Assembly: GCA_018238545.1 (NCBI GenBank)
Contig: JABCTC010000029.1
Location: 1 to 42,568, forward strand
Direction of reading: 5' to 3'
DNA from: Candidatus Heimdallarchaeota archaeon
GTDB lineage: Archaea > Asgardarchaeota > Heimdallarchaeia > Heimdallarchaeales > Heimdallarchaeaceae
DNA: 42,568 bases
In this document: one piece after another, positions 28,544 to 37,897 of the stretch
Layout: each line of letters starts with the position of its first letter
How positions within the stretch are numbered: position 1 is the stretch's first letter
Position numbers and translations under genes: made by a program
Notes under the pieces: model-generated
The model's database searches: none
What the model saw: the letters and a program-made list of their open reading frames with translations, nothing else
Told to the model about the DNA's origin: nothing

Positions 28544-30592
28544 TTATAATGGGTTTTGGCTTCTAATACCAAATAAGTTTCTTACTAAAGAGTCTAATTC
28601 AAAAGCCAATGTCTCTGCTAAATCTCCTTTGAATTTGTCCTTGAATAATCCCTTTACTGACAGATGTTCAACCAATCTATGCATTTTTCGTCTTAACATG
28701 TAACTGTCTCGTAAAGCAATGACCACTACAGAGAAAACATTCGAATAAAATTCTATCAGGAGCTTATATTGTCCATGATCTATCGAGAGAACTTTTTGTT
28801 TCTGATCCAAGAACAACTCATTCATCAAATGTCTGATAGCAGACACAAAACCTCCAAAAAGAAGATCATCTGTAACTCTAACCTCCTCTGAAAGATATGT
28901 TCGTATAGGGATTCCACTTGAATGGAATAATAAAACAGCAATTGGTTTTTCTCCTTTTGGTGCTGCTAGTTTCTTTGATTCTTTGCGAAGTATTGTCGTA
29001 ATTGAGTCTATATCTTCTATGAATTCGACTAGTCCCGTATCAATAATTGTATCAACATCACTATCAATTGCTTTTTTCACTAGACTAATTTTCTCTTCAT
29101 AATTTTCTACTAGCAATGGAGTATAGATTCTTGCTAACTCCTCTCCTCTCTTTAGTAGAAATAGGGCTGTTTCAAAATCTAAAACTATAATCTTGATTTT
29201 CGATCTTATATAAAATATCAAAGAAAGAGATTCATATTTTGCTTTCTCTTCTAGGTACGTTATAATGTCTTCCAGACATTTATCAGCTTCGATAAGCTCT
29301 TCCAAGTCTAGTGTTAGTGTGTACTTTTTGAGGAATACTACCGATAACAGAACTAAAGTTTTTGAACTCAAAATTTCATTTCCTAATTCATCTGATAAAA
29401 GCATGGCTTTTTGTAGGAAATCTTGAGCATTGCCATAATTGTTTTTCTTATATTCTAAGAATCCTAAAAGGAAAAGGAAATAAGTCTTCTGTGTTGGAGA
29501 CAGTTGGCTTTTCCACTCTTTTTCAATCTGTGATAAAATAGATTCTACTAAAGAAACGTCTGCTAGATATAGAAGAATTTCAGCATATTTCATTTGCATA
29601 AACAGATCCTTAAAATGTCTATTTTCCAAAATCTGCAGAACCTTTTCCATTTCAATTTTAGCTTTCTCAAACTCTTCTTTTGCAAAGTAAATATCTGCAA
29701 AACTAGCATGAAGAACATAAAGTGATCTATAGTCATTTTTCCATTCTTTCACAGTAGAATAACTCTTATTATACCAGAACAGAGCTTCGTCTAAATGACC
29801 CATCAGGAGATATATTTCACCAATACTTCCTGCAACATGGCCCAGCAATCTATCCATCTTGATTTCTTTTGCAATTGCTTCACTTTTTAGAAATATTTGG
29901 TGTGCAATTTGAAAATTTCCTCTCTCAAGCTCAATTATACCAATGGTGTTGTTAATTTGAGCCTGCAATATTCTATCATTCAAAGCTCGATTCAAGTTTA
30001 AACATTCTTTTGTCTTATCTCTTGCCATTGACAGAATATAAGTGGAACGGAGGTAAAATGCGTCCATTTCCAACATGTATATTTGAATCAATTTGTAAAG
30101 ATCGCTACTATATTTAATTTCTTGTGGATAACGAACAAGGAAGAAGTTGAAACAATTTTCTCTGTTCTCAATGTATTTTGAGAAATTTTGTGATAGTAAA
30201 CCTTGAATTGCTTCTACATAAAAAATAAATGAGAGTAAAATAGAGTTATTTAGCTTATCTGATAATTCTAGAATTAGAGAGTTATATTCTTCGACTTTCC
30301 CTTCATATATATGCAACAGAGCGTACCACAGCCCCATTCCAGCAGTTTGATTCTTCTTGTAAAGATCAGCTATTTCATTGAACTTTGCTCTGTGGAAAAG
30401 AATTCTTCCAAGAAGAAAACAAAATGAGTCTGTGATGTCTTTTTTCTCCTCTCTTATATTTAACATTACATTTTCAATAACTTCAAGATCGGCATTAGCT
30501 GTTAGCTTATCAGATTTCAGCATCCTCTCCTTTTCATCTTCTGATAAAGTGTGAAATATTGAAAGTATTTCTGGAGGGAGGATACTTTTCAT
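28544..30592 (-). CDS. TPR-repeat protein with C-terminal longin-like domain (copy 3)
   Basis: TPRs (NNTIGIIELERGNF, SIGEIYLLMGHLDEALFWY). C-terminus LLFHSSGIPIRTY..DDLLFGGFVSAI..IDHGQYKLLIE..DSYMLRRK. Confidence 0.8.
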   Translation of the reverse strand: MKSILPPEILSIFHTLSEDEKERMLKSDKLTANADLEVIENVMLNIREEKKDITDSFCFLLGRILFHRAKFNEIADLYKKNQTAGMGLWYALLHIYEGKVEEYNSLILELSDKLNNSILLSFIFYVEAIQGLLSQNFSKYIENRENCFNFFLVRYPQEIKYSSDLYKLIQIYMLEMDAFYLRSTYILSMARDKTKECLNLNRALNDRILQAQINNTIGIIELERGNFQIAHQIFLKSEAIAKEIKMDRLLGHVAGSIGEIYLLMGHLDEALFWYNKSYSTVKEWKNDYRSLYVLHASFADIYFAKEEFEKAKIEMEKVLQILENRHFKDLFMQMKYAEILLYLADVSLVESILSQIEKEWKSQLSPTQKTYFLFLLGFLEYKKNNYGNAQDFLQKAMLLSDELGNEILSSKTLVLLSVVFLKKYTLTLDLEELIEADKCLEDIITYLEEKAKYESLSLIFYIRSKIKIIVLDFETALFLLKRGEELARIYTPLLVENYEEKISLVKKAIDSDVDTIIDTGLVEFIEDIDSITTILRKESKKLAAPKGEKPIAVLLFHSSGIPIRTYLSEEVRVTDDLLFGGFVSAIRHLMNELFLDQKQKVLSIDHGQYKLLIEFYSNVFSVVVIALRDSYMLRRKMHRLVEHLSVKGLFKDKFKGDLAETLAFELDSLVRNLFGIRSQNPL

Positions 30593-30689
30593 TAAATCCT
30601 AATCTCACCATGCATTAAAAAATTTGCCGAAGATACCATCAAATTAAACTACCAGTAACACAAAATTTAGCTGCTTGTTAACAGAATGG

Positions 30690-30699
30690 TTTTATAGCA
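30690..30699 (+). promoter_or_regulatory. Candidate archaeal TATA box (TTTTATAGCA)
   Basis: Begins 36 nt before ATG 30726. An identical 10-mer precedes the next gene. Confidence 0.35.
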
Positions 30700-30725
30700 G
30701 AAAGAGGATTTGTGTTTGAGTTTTA

Positions 30726-32744
30726 ATGGTACCTAATTCGATAAAATACCAACTTCAGAGCATTCTTGACAGACTCAATAATCTGGGAATTTCTGTTATA
30801 GAATCTAAATCACTACTATTGAAACTCTATATACTCAAAAAATTTGGCTATTTGTCGGAAAAACATAGAGAAAGTGATCTTGTATCTCTAGAACAGCTCA
30901 TTAAAGAAGGTAATCAGGATATTTTTCATTTCTATCAACAAGTTGAAAGTTTTCTCGTTTCCAAAGTTTTGATTTCAAAGGATATTATAAAGTTAATATT
31001 GGATATAGATGCCATTGAATCAACCCATGATCTCTTTTCTATTTTGCAAGCAGATGATAAACAGAGGGAAATTGGACAGTATTTTACTTCTAAGGAGACT
31101 ATCAGTAAAATTAACAAGGAAATATTTTCTGATAATCTTACATCAAACAGTTTACATTCAATCATTGATTTTTCTGCAGGGTTAGGAGATTTCATAATTC
31201 CATTAATGGAAAAGACTGATCTCACAATATATGCTTTAGAATTGGATAAGCTTTCGTATGAGTATTGTATCTTTAATTTAATCTGTAATCCAAAGCTATC
31301 AAAACAGAGAATATATTCTCTCCTATTGACAATTAGGAATGGAGATGCAATTTCAGGTTTTGATGAGAAAGTTTTTTCTGACCTATGTAAGAACTCTGAA
31401 GCGAAAAGATTAATGCAAGATTATTTAGCTTTGAGACATAGTTTAATTAATGAGACAAATTTGTTCCTTAAAGAAGATATAATCAGAGCTTTTTCGATTA
31501 GAAAACAAATAGGAAATATAGATAAGAATTTTAAGAAATTTAATTGGTTCATCGATTTTCCTGAAAGATTTCTAGATTATGATTTGAACTTTACTAACGC
31601 CCCTTACTTCGACTATGTTGTTGGGAACCCTCCTTGGATAATTTATGGCTCGTTCTTAAAGAAGGAGTATAGATCAATATTGTCCTCTACAGCCTTTTCG
31701 AGGTATTTGTATGGAAAGTATAACTTTTCACTTCCATTTTTGATTCTTGCTTTACGGTTAACGAAGAAGAAGGGAGCTCTTGTACTACCTCAAGGTATCG
31801 TTTCAGAATCTTATGGAAAGCTAATTAGGGAGAAATTACTAAAAGAGAAAACACTAACAAAAATAGAGTTGTGTGAGTCCAAACTTTTCGAGAAAGTAGT
31901 AAATGATTATTGTGTTATCTATTGGAATAAGGATAGCAACAATGACACTTTTAAAATACAGTATAATAAAAATCAGAAAACGATTCAAGTTGCTTTTACT
32001 TCCTTAGTAAACTCTCACTACAAGATACCAAGATTGCCTTCTCAGTATTCCACTTTAGTCAAAAAGGTTTACTCAAATTCAGTCTTACTTAAAGAAATTA
32101 TATTTGTAAGAAGGGGGTTGACCTTATCGAAGAAGTATCAACAATTCTATTCAAAGATAGATTTTGAAAATAGTAATATTGAACAAAATAAGCTCATAAA
32201 ACACAATGCCTTCAAATCACTGAAAAAAGAAGGAATTATGAATTTTCAGGTATTCTATGATGGAGACAAATTTGTTTATGATAAAAAATTATTGGGGGCA
32301 CCTGGAGATGTTTCTCTTTTTGAAAGAAGAAAGATTATTCGAAGAAATCGTGGAAGAATATGGCTTATAGGGTTAGATATGTCAAAGGAAATCTATGTCA
32401 ATGATATTTTTGATATAATATACTCCAAAGTCGATAAAGTCTCCTTAAAAGCTCTGTTTAGCTATTTATCTTCATCATTAGTTCAATACCTAACAGAGTA
32501 TTTCATTCAAAGAGATATTACTTCAAATGTTGTTAGAGAATTACCATTTCCCAACTTCAGTTCGAGTGAACTTCTAAAGATGGAACAGTTGGTAGATCAA
32601 TGGTTAAATTCCAAAATGGGTGAAGAAGCATTTCTAAAAATGAGGAGAGAGATAGACAAAATAGTATACAATGTTTTTGATTTGAATAAGGAAGAATCAT
32701 ATTTTATTAATTCAAATTGTAAATATAACTGGAAGCATGAATAA
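30726..32744 (+). CDS. N6-adenine DNA methyltransferase (gamma class), divergent
   Basis: IGQYFTS (motif X), DFSAGLGDF (motif I), ALELD, GDAI, FNWFIDFPE, FDYVVGNPPW (motif IV) and a TaqI_C-like C-terminus. Confidence 0.8.
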   Translation: MVPNSIKYQLQSILDRLNNLGISVIESKSLLLKLYILKKFGYLSEKHRESDLVSLEQLIKEGNQDIFHFYQQVESFLVSKVLISKDIIKLILDIDAIESTHDLFSILQADDKQREIGQYFTSKETISKINKEIFSDNLTSNSLHSIIDFSAGLGDFIIPLMEKTDLTIYALELDKLSYEYCIFNLICNPKLSKQRIYSLLLTIRNGDAISGFDEKVFSDLCKNSEAKRLMQDYLALRHSLINETNLFLKEDIIRAFSIRKQIGNIDKNFKKFNWFIDFPERFLDYDLNFTNAPYFDYVVGNPPWIIYGSFLKKEYRSILSSTAFSRYLYGKYNFSLPFLILALRLTKKKGALVLPQGIVSESYGKLIREKLLKEKTLTKIELCESKLFEKVVNDYCVIYWNKDSNNDTFKIQYNKNQKTIQVAFTSLVNSHYKIPRLPSQYSTLVKKVYSNSVLLKEIIFVRRGLTLSKKYQQFYSKIDFENSNIEQNKLIKHNAFKSLKKEGIMNFQVFYDGDKFVYDKKLLGAPGDVSLFERRKIIRRNRGRIWLIGLDMSKEIYVNDIFDIIYSKVDKVSLKALFSYLSSSLVQYLTEYFIQRDITSNVVRELPFPNFSSSELLKMEQLVDQWLNSKMGEEAFLKMRREIDKIVYNVFDLNKEESYFINSNCKYNWKHE

Positions 32745-32773
32745 TTAGCATAGTACAAAGAACTTTGTTTGCT

Positions 32774-32783
32774 TTTTATAGCA
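32774..32783 (+). promoter_or_regulatory. Candidate archaeal TATA box (TTTTATAGCA)
   Basis: Begins 33 nt before ATG 32807, consistent with a leaderless transcript. Confidence 0.35.
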
Positions 32784-32806
32784 ATTTAACTATTATACTT
32801 CTGAGA

Positions 32807-33325
32807 ATGACTTACATTTACTCTGATCTACAATCTTATATTCACAAAGCAGATGAAGTTGATACTAGGAGCATTTATAGCAATCTCTACTTCGTTGCTT
32901 CATTATTTAATGAGATAACTGGACCTTTGATCATCTACAACAACTCTCCCTTAGATACCAGCACTTTAGAAAAATTAAATCTCAGAGTTTTCAGTTTTAT
33001 AATGCAAGGGTCAGAATTTGGTCCTGATAATTTCGCAAAACTTCGAGGGATAGTACATATTCCGCAGACAAATTTCTATACTTCTGCTATTGATATCTTA
33101 GTTAAGAAAAAAGATATCATCGGTTTAACTGATGTTTATGTTCCTTTGTTAATTTTTCTGATTTTTCCTAAAGAGGATATCGTTACTTATGCAAAAATAG
33201 TAGATGAAATTGAGCAATTCATCTCAAGGTACTGGGAAAGAGGGATAATTGGAACACCTGATATCAGAGATGTGGAGCTTCTAATTAGAAAATTACAGAG
33301 AAGAATAAGTTCTATTAACAAGTAA
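32807..33325 (+). CDS. Small soluble protein with putative uDENN/NPR2-type longin-like fold
   Basis: YFVASLFNEITGPLIIY resembles the F-x-x-x-x-GP-x-I hairpin of uDENN/NPR2 domains and is followed by an apparent helix, three strands and two helices. The ORF track starts at 32765 (TTG); ATG 32807 is preferred. Confidence 0.5.
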   Translation: MTYIYSDLQSYIHKADEVDTRSIYSNLYFVASLFNEITGPLIIYNNSPLDTSTLEKLNLRVFSFIMQGSEFGPDNFAKLRGIVHIPQTNFYTSAIDILVKKKDIIGLTDVYVPLLIFLIFPKEDIVTYAKIVDEIEQFISRYWERGIIGTPDIRDVELLIRKLQRRISSINK

Positions 33326-33362
33326 CATAATTTTTGAATTGGCTTAAATACCCGCACAAAAC

Positions 33363-33381
33363 AGTGAAATACTTCACTTTT
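33363..33381. terminator. Hairpin AGTGAA-ATAC-TTCACT followed by a T run, between convergent genes
   Basis: Perfect 6-bp stem, 37 nt after the stop at 33325. Confidence 0.25.
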
Positions 33382-33518
33382 GATTTGTTGCAGTTAAAAA
33401 TTAACAATAATCTTTAATCAACTATGTATTGTATTTGCCCTAATGCATTACTAATTTGTACAAAGAACCCATTAAGTAAATGACTAGCAAAGTTTTTTTA
33501 ATGTATTTCAGTTATCTA

Positions 33519-33719
33519 TTATTGTTGATTTAGCTGTTCTTTCTCTTTTATCTTGGAATAAGAAGGTATTTCCCCATTATAATACTCCTTTGCCAGAAAT
33601 TCTGCTAGAGCATCTCTCACCAGTTCACTACGGGATCTGTAATTTTCAACGGACATCATCTCATTCATCCAGTTTATCATCGAATCTGTAACTTTGAAGG
33701 TGATTAATCTTTTCTTCAT
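33519..33719 (-). CDS. Ribbon-helix-helix (CopG-like) transcriptional regulator
   Basis: RLITFKV strand, a helix, and YRSRSELVRDALAEFL. GAGGT Shine-Dalgarno-like sequence upstream. Confidence 0.85.
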   Translation of the reverse strand: MKKRLITFKVTDSMINWMNEMMSVENYRSRSELVRDALAEFLAKEYYNGEIPSYSKIKEKEQLNQQ

Positions 33720-34015
33720 TTGTTGACCTCTAATAGTTACTATGAACTGTATTGACCTATCTTATATACTTTTTGTCGGTAGCTATGCCTGTAATATCTG
33801 GATAATACATATTTAGCAATACATTTGTTCTAAAAAGAAGCAACAAGATACATGAAGAGATAGTTTTTGCAAAAGATTTGATAAATATATGAAGTAAGTA
33901 ACGAATATATGAGTCAGATTACTATTTATTAGCCCAAATTCAACAATAAACAGATACAATGTTTTTATGTTAACAGTATATTGAACAAAAACAACAAATT
34001 CAGATTCAACTAGAG

Positions 34016-35254
34016 TTATTCTGTATCAATCTCGAATTTAGCTAGATCTTCCTCGTCTTCTTCAATTTCTCCTTTCCAATTAGAATACTTTTCCATAATC
34101 TGTTCAATATCACCGGAGATTGAACGAGCCAATTCTGCACTTGTAGATTTCTCTGCAACCTCTTTTGGTGTAGAAGCTCTGATAGGTGGTCTGTAAGGAG
34201 CGGGAGACTCAGGTCGTTTCTTTAATGTTTCTTCTATCTCATCGCTAATAGTTTCAACATCGTCTGGAACAGGAATGTCAAATATCACCCCATCAATTTC
34301 TAGTATAGCTTCTCCTACAATCTCTTCTTGTTTATCTTTCTCTTCATCTATCTCGTCTAACCAAGCTTGGTGTTTATCTAACTCTGCTTCCTCTATCTTT
34401 TGATCTTTTATCATCTGAAATATTTCAGTTCGGATCGGTTTGCTTGTGTCCCAAGCCATTTGCCATAATAGAGTCGATTGATATTCAGAAAATTTGAGCC
34501 CCATTTTGTTACTCATGAATTCAGTGAAGTTCCAGAATTTTTCCCCTAAGATATCGGTGATTTTTTTCTCAGCTGATTTAGCATCTGATTCCACACTCAG
34601 AATTGTTTGAATTCCATCTAATTGCTCGACAACATACTTTCTTATGTATGGCCACAAATTGGGAAAGTTCACAATTTGCTCTTTTTCCCTTTCTTGTTCA
34701 GATTCTGGTGTTTTCACTTTTAATTTGTTTTTCTTATCAATAACGCTATGAACTAGTTCTTCAACAGTTTCAAAACCATTATTCTTAGCTATCATTTTAA
34801 GTGCTGAATCGATGGTGAAGAGTAAGGATGCTGGATGTTCCAACTTCGCTTCTTTTAACAAATCTTCAACAGCTAACTCTGACCCGATAGAACCTAATGA
34901 CAAAGCTACTCTGCTTTTTATTGAAATCTTAGGGTCTTTCCTCAAAGAAATAAGCAGTGAGGAAATTGCTTGAGGTGATGAAAACTTCCCTAATCCCCTA
35001 GCAGCTGAAAGTCGGATATTTTCTTCATTGTCCATTAAGCAGAAGATCAGTGTTTCTATTGCTCTATGGTCTCCTATCTCAGAAAGGGATTTTAATGCAT
35101 AGGTTCTATTTTCAGTGGTGTCTTGGCTTACAACTTTAATTAAAGCCTCAACAGCCCGCATATCTCGCAATTCACCTAATGCTAAAATGGCTTCTTCTCT
35201 CTTAGCGGGGTCGTCATCTTTAAGCTGTTTGATTAGCTTGTTGATATTTGCCAT
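34016..35254 (-). CDS. HEAT-repeat (PBS lyase-like) protein with an acidic, probably disordered C-terminus
   Basis: Repeats REEAILALGEL, RTYALKSLSEI, RLSAARGLGKF, KSRVALSLGSI, followed by an E/D/P-rich tail. Confidence 0.85.
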   Translation of the reverse strand: MANINKLIKQLKDDDPAKREEAILALGELRDMRAVEALIKVVSQDTTENRTYALKSLSEIGDHRAIETLIFCLMDNEENIRLSAARGLGKFSSPQAISSLLISLRKDPKISIKSRVALSLGSIGSELAVEDLLKEAKLEHPASLLFTIDSALKMIAKNNGFETVEELVHSVIDKKNKLKVKTPESEQEREKEQIVNFPNLWPYIRKYVVEQLDGIQTILSVESDAKSAEKKITDILGEKFWNFTEFMSNKMGLKFSEYQSTLLWQMAWDTSKPIRTEIFQMIKDQKIEEAELDKHQAWLDEIDEEKDKQEEIVGEAILEIDGVIFDIPVPDDVETISDEIEETLKKRPESPAPYRPPIRASTPKEVAEKSTSAELARSISGDIEQIMEKYSNWKGEIEEDEEDLAKFEIDTE

Positions 35255-35320
35255 ACCAAGTCATAATTAAAACTTAAATATATAATTTTATTGCTATTTT
35301 TGAGACAGCTACTAGAAAAC

Positions 35321-36289
35321 TCATGTTTTTTGATAGAGATTCCTTCTCCAAGGATAATCTTCCTTCGCAATCAATGTAACAGCTGAGTCTTCCTTTGAGT
35401 CAATTATCTTCAAATCTGTTCCCTCTATTATTTGTTCAGAGAATTTTAGTATCTTTGGAAACCTAGGCATTTGTTCATAAGGTAATCTCTTTCTTGCATC
35501 TCCCACAGACATAAATCCTTTAGGTTCAAGAAAATGTGCTTGTGATTTCAAGAAAAGTTCAGCATATTTTTTTGGTTCGATCATATTATATTCAGGAACT
35601 AAAGTTAATCTAATCACTTGTCTAGTTTTTAACTCTGGTAGTATTTCCAATGTTCGCATAACATTTTCCCAAGTATTCTCAGTTGATGGACGAGCAGTTT
35701 TCTCAAAAGATTCCTTTGTTGGAGCAATTAGAGTGACATATAGTTGAGTTGGGAGTGTAGATAAATTTTCTAGAACATCAGGATTTGTTCCATTAGTTAC
35801 GAGAAAGGTCGTCATTCCTCTACTATGGAACTCTTCTAGAAGCTCACTAATTCTGGGATACAGCGTAGGTTCTCCTGAAAGAGAGATTGCTGCATGTTTA
35901 GGCTGCATTGCGTCTAGATATTTCTCTTCTGGTACTTTATCGTGTTTATTGTACCCAGCGAGAAGCTTTCTCTGCTGTTCAATCATTGCATCTACTATTT
36001 CCTTTGGTTCATCAACCTTACATTCCATTCCTTCCTTGTTATACCAAGAAGCACTTCTCCAACAGAAAATACATTTCAGGTTACACCAAATTGTTGAGGG
36101 AGTACATTGTAAACATTGATGAGAGGTGATACCATAAAACTGGTTTTTGTAACAAACCCCTTCTCCCTTTAATGAATGTTTTAACCATGTACAAGTCTTA
36201 ACAGCTGAATGGTGTCCAGCTAGCCTATATTGCTGTTTCTCCAATTTTTCTAGAACAGTTTCTGGGATAAAGCAGTATTCATCAGTCAT
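35321..36289 (-). CDS. taw1: tRNA 4-demethylwyosine synthase (radical SAM, Taw1/TYW1)
   Basis: HSAVKTCTW, CYKNQFYGITSHQCLQ, CNLKCIFCWR (CxxxCxxC), HAAISLSGEPTLY, TTFLVTNG, PTQLYV. Confidence 0.95.
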   Translation of the reverse strand: MTDEYCFIPETVLEKLEKQQYRLAGHHSAVKTCTWLKHSLKGEGVCYKNQFYGITSHQCLQCTPSTIWCNLKCIFCWRSASWYNKEGMECKVDEPKEIVDAMIEQQRKLLAGYNKHDKVPEEKYLDAMQPKHAAISLSGEPTLYPRISELLEEFHSRGMTTFLVTNGTNPDVLENLSTLPTQLYVTLIAPTKESFEKTARPSTENTWENVMRTLEILPELKTRQVIRLTLVPEYNMIEPKKYAELFLKSQAHFLEPKGFMSVGDARKRLPYEQMPRFPKILKFSEQIIEGTDLKIIDSKEDSAVTLIAKEDYPWRRNLYQKT

Positions 36290-36395
36290 TGAATCACCAC
36301 AGATAAAGCATATTTTACTGTTTTGTTTGAATTAAATTTAACAAAATGGAATAATAAAGGAAGTAATTTTGATTTAGAGTGAAAAAAGGAGGTTT

Positions 36396-36791
36396 TTATC
36401 TGTCTGCTAGAGAGTCTAGAGTGATTTCATCTAGAAAGCCATGTCTACTTTGATCGCTTATCCATGATTGAGCACTCCAATCACTGGTAAAAAGCTGTAT
36501 TTTATCTTTCATTTCTTTATTCTTGATTTTCTTCTTTTTAGTGAATAGAAAAGCAACTTTTATTATTATTTTCCCTTTTTCATATAATGCATCAGCTATT
36601 TTGTTTGCCAATTCTTCTGATTCTTTTGGCCCATAAGAGGTAACATCTATAAGATAAAACAATGGTTTTTTGGCATTGTCTATATGCTCTTTCAAGCATC
36701 TTTCAAATTCTTCTTCCATCTTTGAATTAAAAGTTCCCTCAAAATTCATCCTCACAATAAGTTGGGATAAATATCGAACATGTATCGTCAT
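36396..36791 (-). CDS. STAS/SpoIIAA-like small protein
   Basis: VRMNFEG, FYLIDV, KVAFL and IQLFTSDWSAQSWI match the SpoIIAA-like F..xxA.xW pattern. Confidence 0.5.
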   Translation of the reverse strand: MTIHVRYLSQLIVRMNFEGTFNSKMEEEFERCLKEHIDNAKKPLFYLIDVTSYGPKESEELANKIADALYEKGKIIIKVAFLFTKKKKIKNKEMKDKIQLFTSDWSAQSWISDQSRHGFLDEITLDSLADR

Positions 36792-36935
36792 ATAATCACG
36801 TATTTCCCACGCTGTAAATAATTTCTCTTTGGATACTTAAAAGATGTTTGTTCTAGCCATATTTTGGTTTTGGTTTTTGATCTCACTTGCAATATATTTA
36901 AGAATCAGATTGTTCTATCAAACGTGAGTTAAGGT

Positions 36936-37454
36936 ATGGAAAGAGAAGAGATAAGAGAAGAGAAAGAGCCCTTCATGAATAAGGAGAGGAGAGCTAGAGC
37001 GATTAAATTTCTTATAGTAAGTATGGGTGGTTTAGGGTTAAATGAACTTTTCGCGTTTCTGTCTTTGCTTGTTTTAGATACTACAATTGAACAAGATCTT
37101 GTTATAAGTTTCTGGATTATTGAGATCCATAAAGTGATTATTGCAGGAGCAGTAGCTATTGTCTTTGTAATGTTTTACAATTACTTTATCAATAAATTCT
37201 GGACTTACAGGAAACAAGAAAAAGACACAAAATTCAACAATTATCGTCAATTCTTCAAATTTGCGATAGTAGGTGCTGTTGGAGCTGTAATTAATCTAAG
37301 TCTTATCCAGCTCTTCGCTGTTGTAATAGGATGGAATGAGTATCTTGCTTTTGCGATTGGGTTCATTGTTTCAGTTATTTCTAATTTTATATTTAATGAT
37401 ATATGGACATTCAACCCAAAGTTTGGTAAGAAAAAAGATATGGTCAAAGACTAG
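36936..37454 (+). CDS. GtrA family membrane protein (putative lipid-phosphate-sugar flippase)
   Basis: Duplicated halves: KFLIVS..NYFINKFWTY and QFFKFAIVG..NFIFNDIWTF. Confidence 0.9.
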   Translation: MEREEIREEKEPFMNKERRARAIKFLIVSMGGLGLNELFAFLSLLVLDTTIEQDLVISFWIIEIHKVIIAGAVAIVFVMFYNYFINKFWTYRKQEKDTKFNNYRQFFKFAIVGAVGAVINLSLIQLFAVVIGWNEYLAFAIGFIVSVISNFIFNDIWTFNPKFGKKKDMVKD

Positions 37455-37819
37455 GAGAGCTTTTTCCCACAATTTTCACAGATACCAGATGAATGGGATT
37501 GAAAAGCACCACAGTATTCACAGATTTTTCCCTCAGGTTCATTGAAATTTCTTGTCTCTTTAGTATAGTCTTCGCGCTCAATTCTTTCATCATAATGCAC
37601 AGACAATTTATCTGAGAAATGATCAAACTGCCTGGAAACATGTCTCTTTCTAAAATATCTTGCAAACCAGATGAGCACGACAGCAGCTGTTATAACAATA
37701 ATATAGATATTGTACTCACCAGTGTCAAAATAGATCCAGAGATAAATAGCCAAAGAAAATGCACCTAAAAGAGCCCAAGGAATTCTTCTCCTATCTAATA
37801 CACGATATTTCTTTGACAT
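37451..37819 (-). CDS. Small 2-TM membrane protein with a C-terminal zinc ribbon
   Basis: Two hydrophobic helices and CEYCG...CENCGKKL. Confidence 0.7.
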   Translation of the reverse strand: MSKKYRVLDRRRIPWALLGAFSLAIYLWIYFDTGEYNIYIIVITAAVVLIWFARYFRKRHVSRQFDHFSDKLSVHYDERIEREDYTKETRNFNEPEGKICEYCGAFQSHSSGICENCGKKLS

Positions 37820-37897
37820 CTAACTGATAATCTGCAAAAGCTATTATAAACTGTGCTAAATATCAGACTTCTTTAATAAAAAGAAAAAGGAGAAGCT

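Noticed and set aside
24353-30592. TPR proteins as STAND/Avs, CHAT or GTPase-fused defence proteins
   Set aside because: No Walker A motif, caspase His-Cys dyad or GTPase G-motifs were seen in any of the three.
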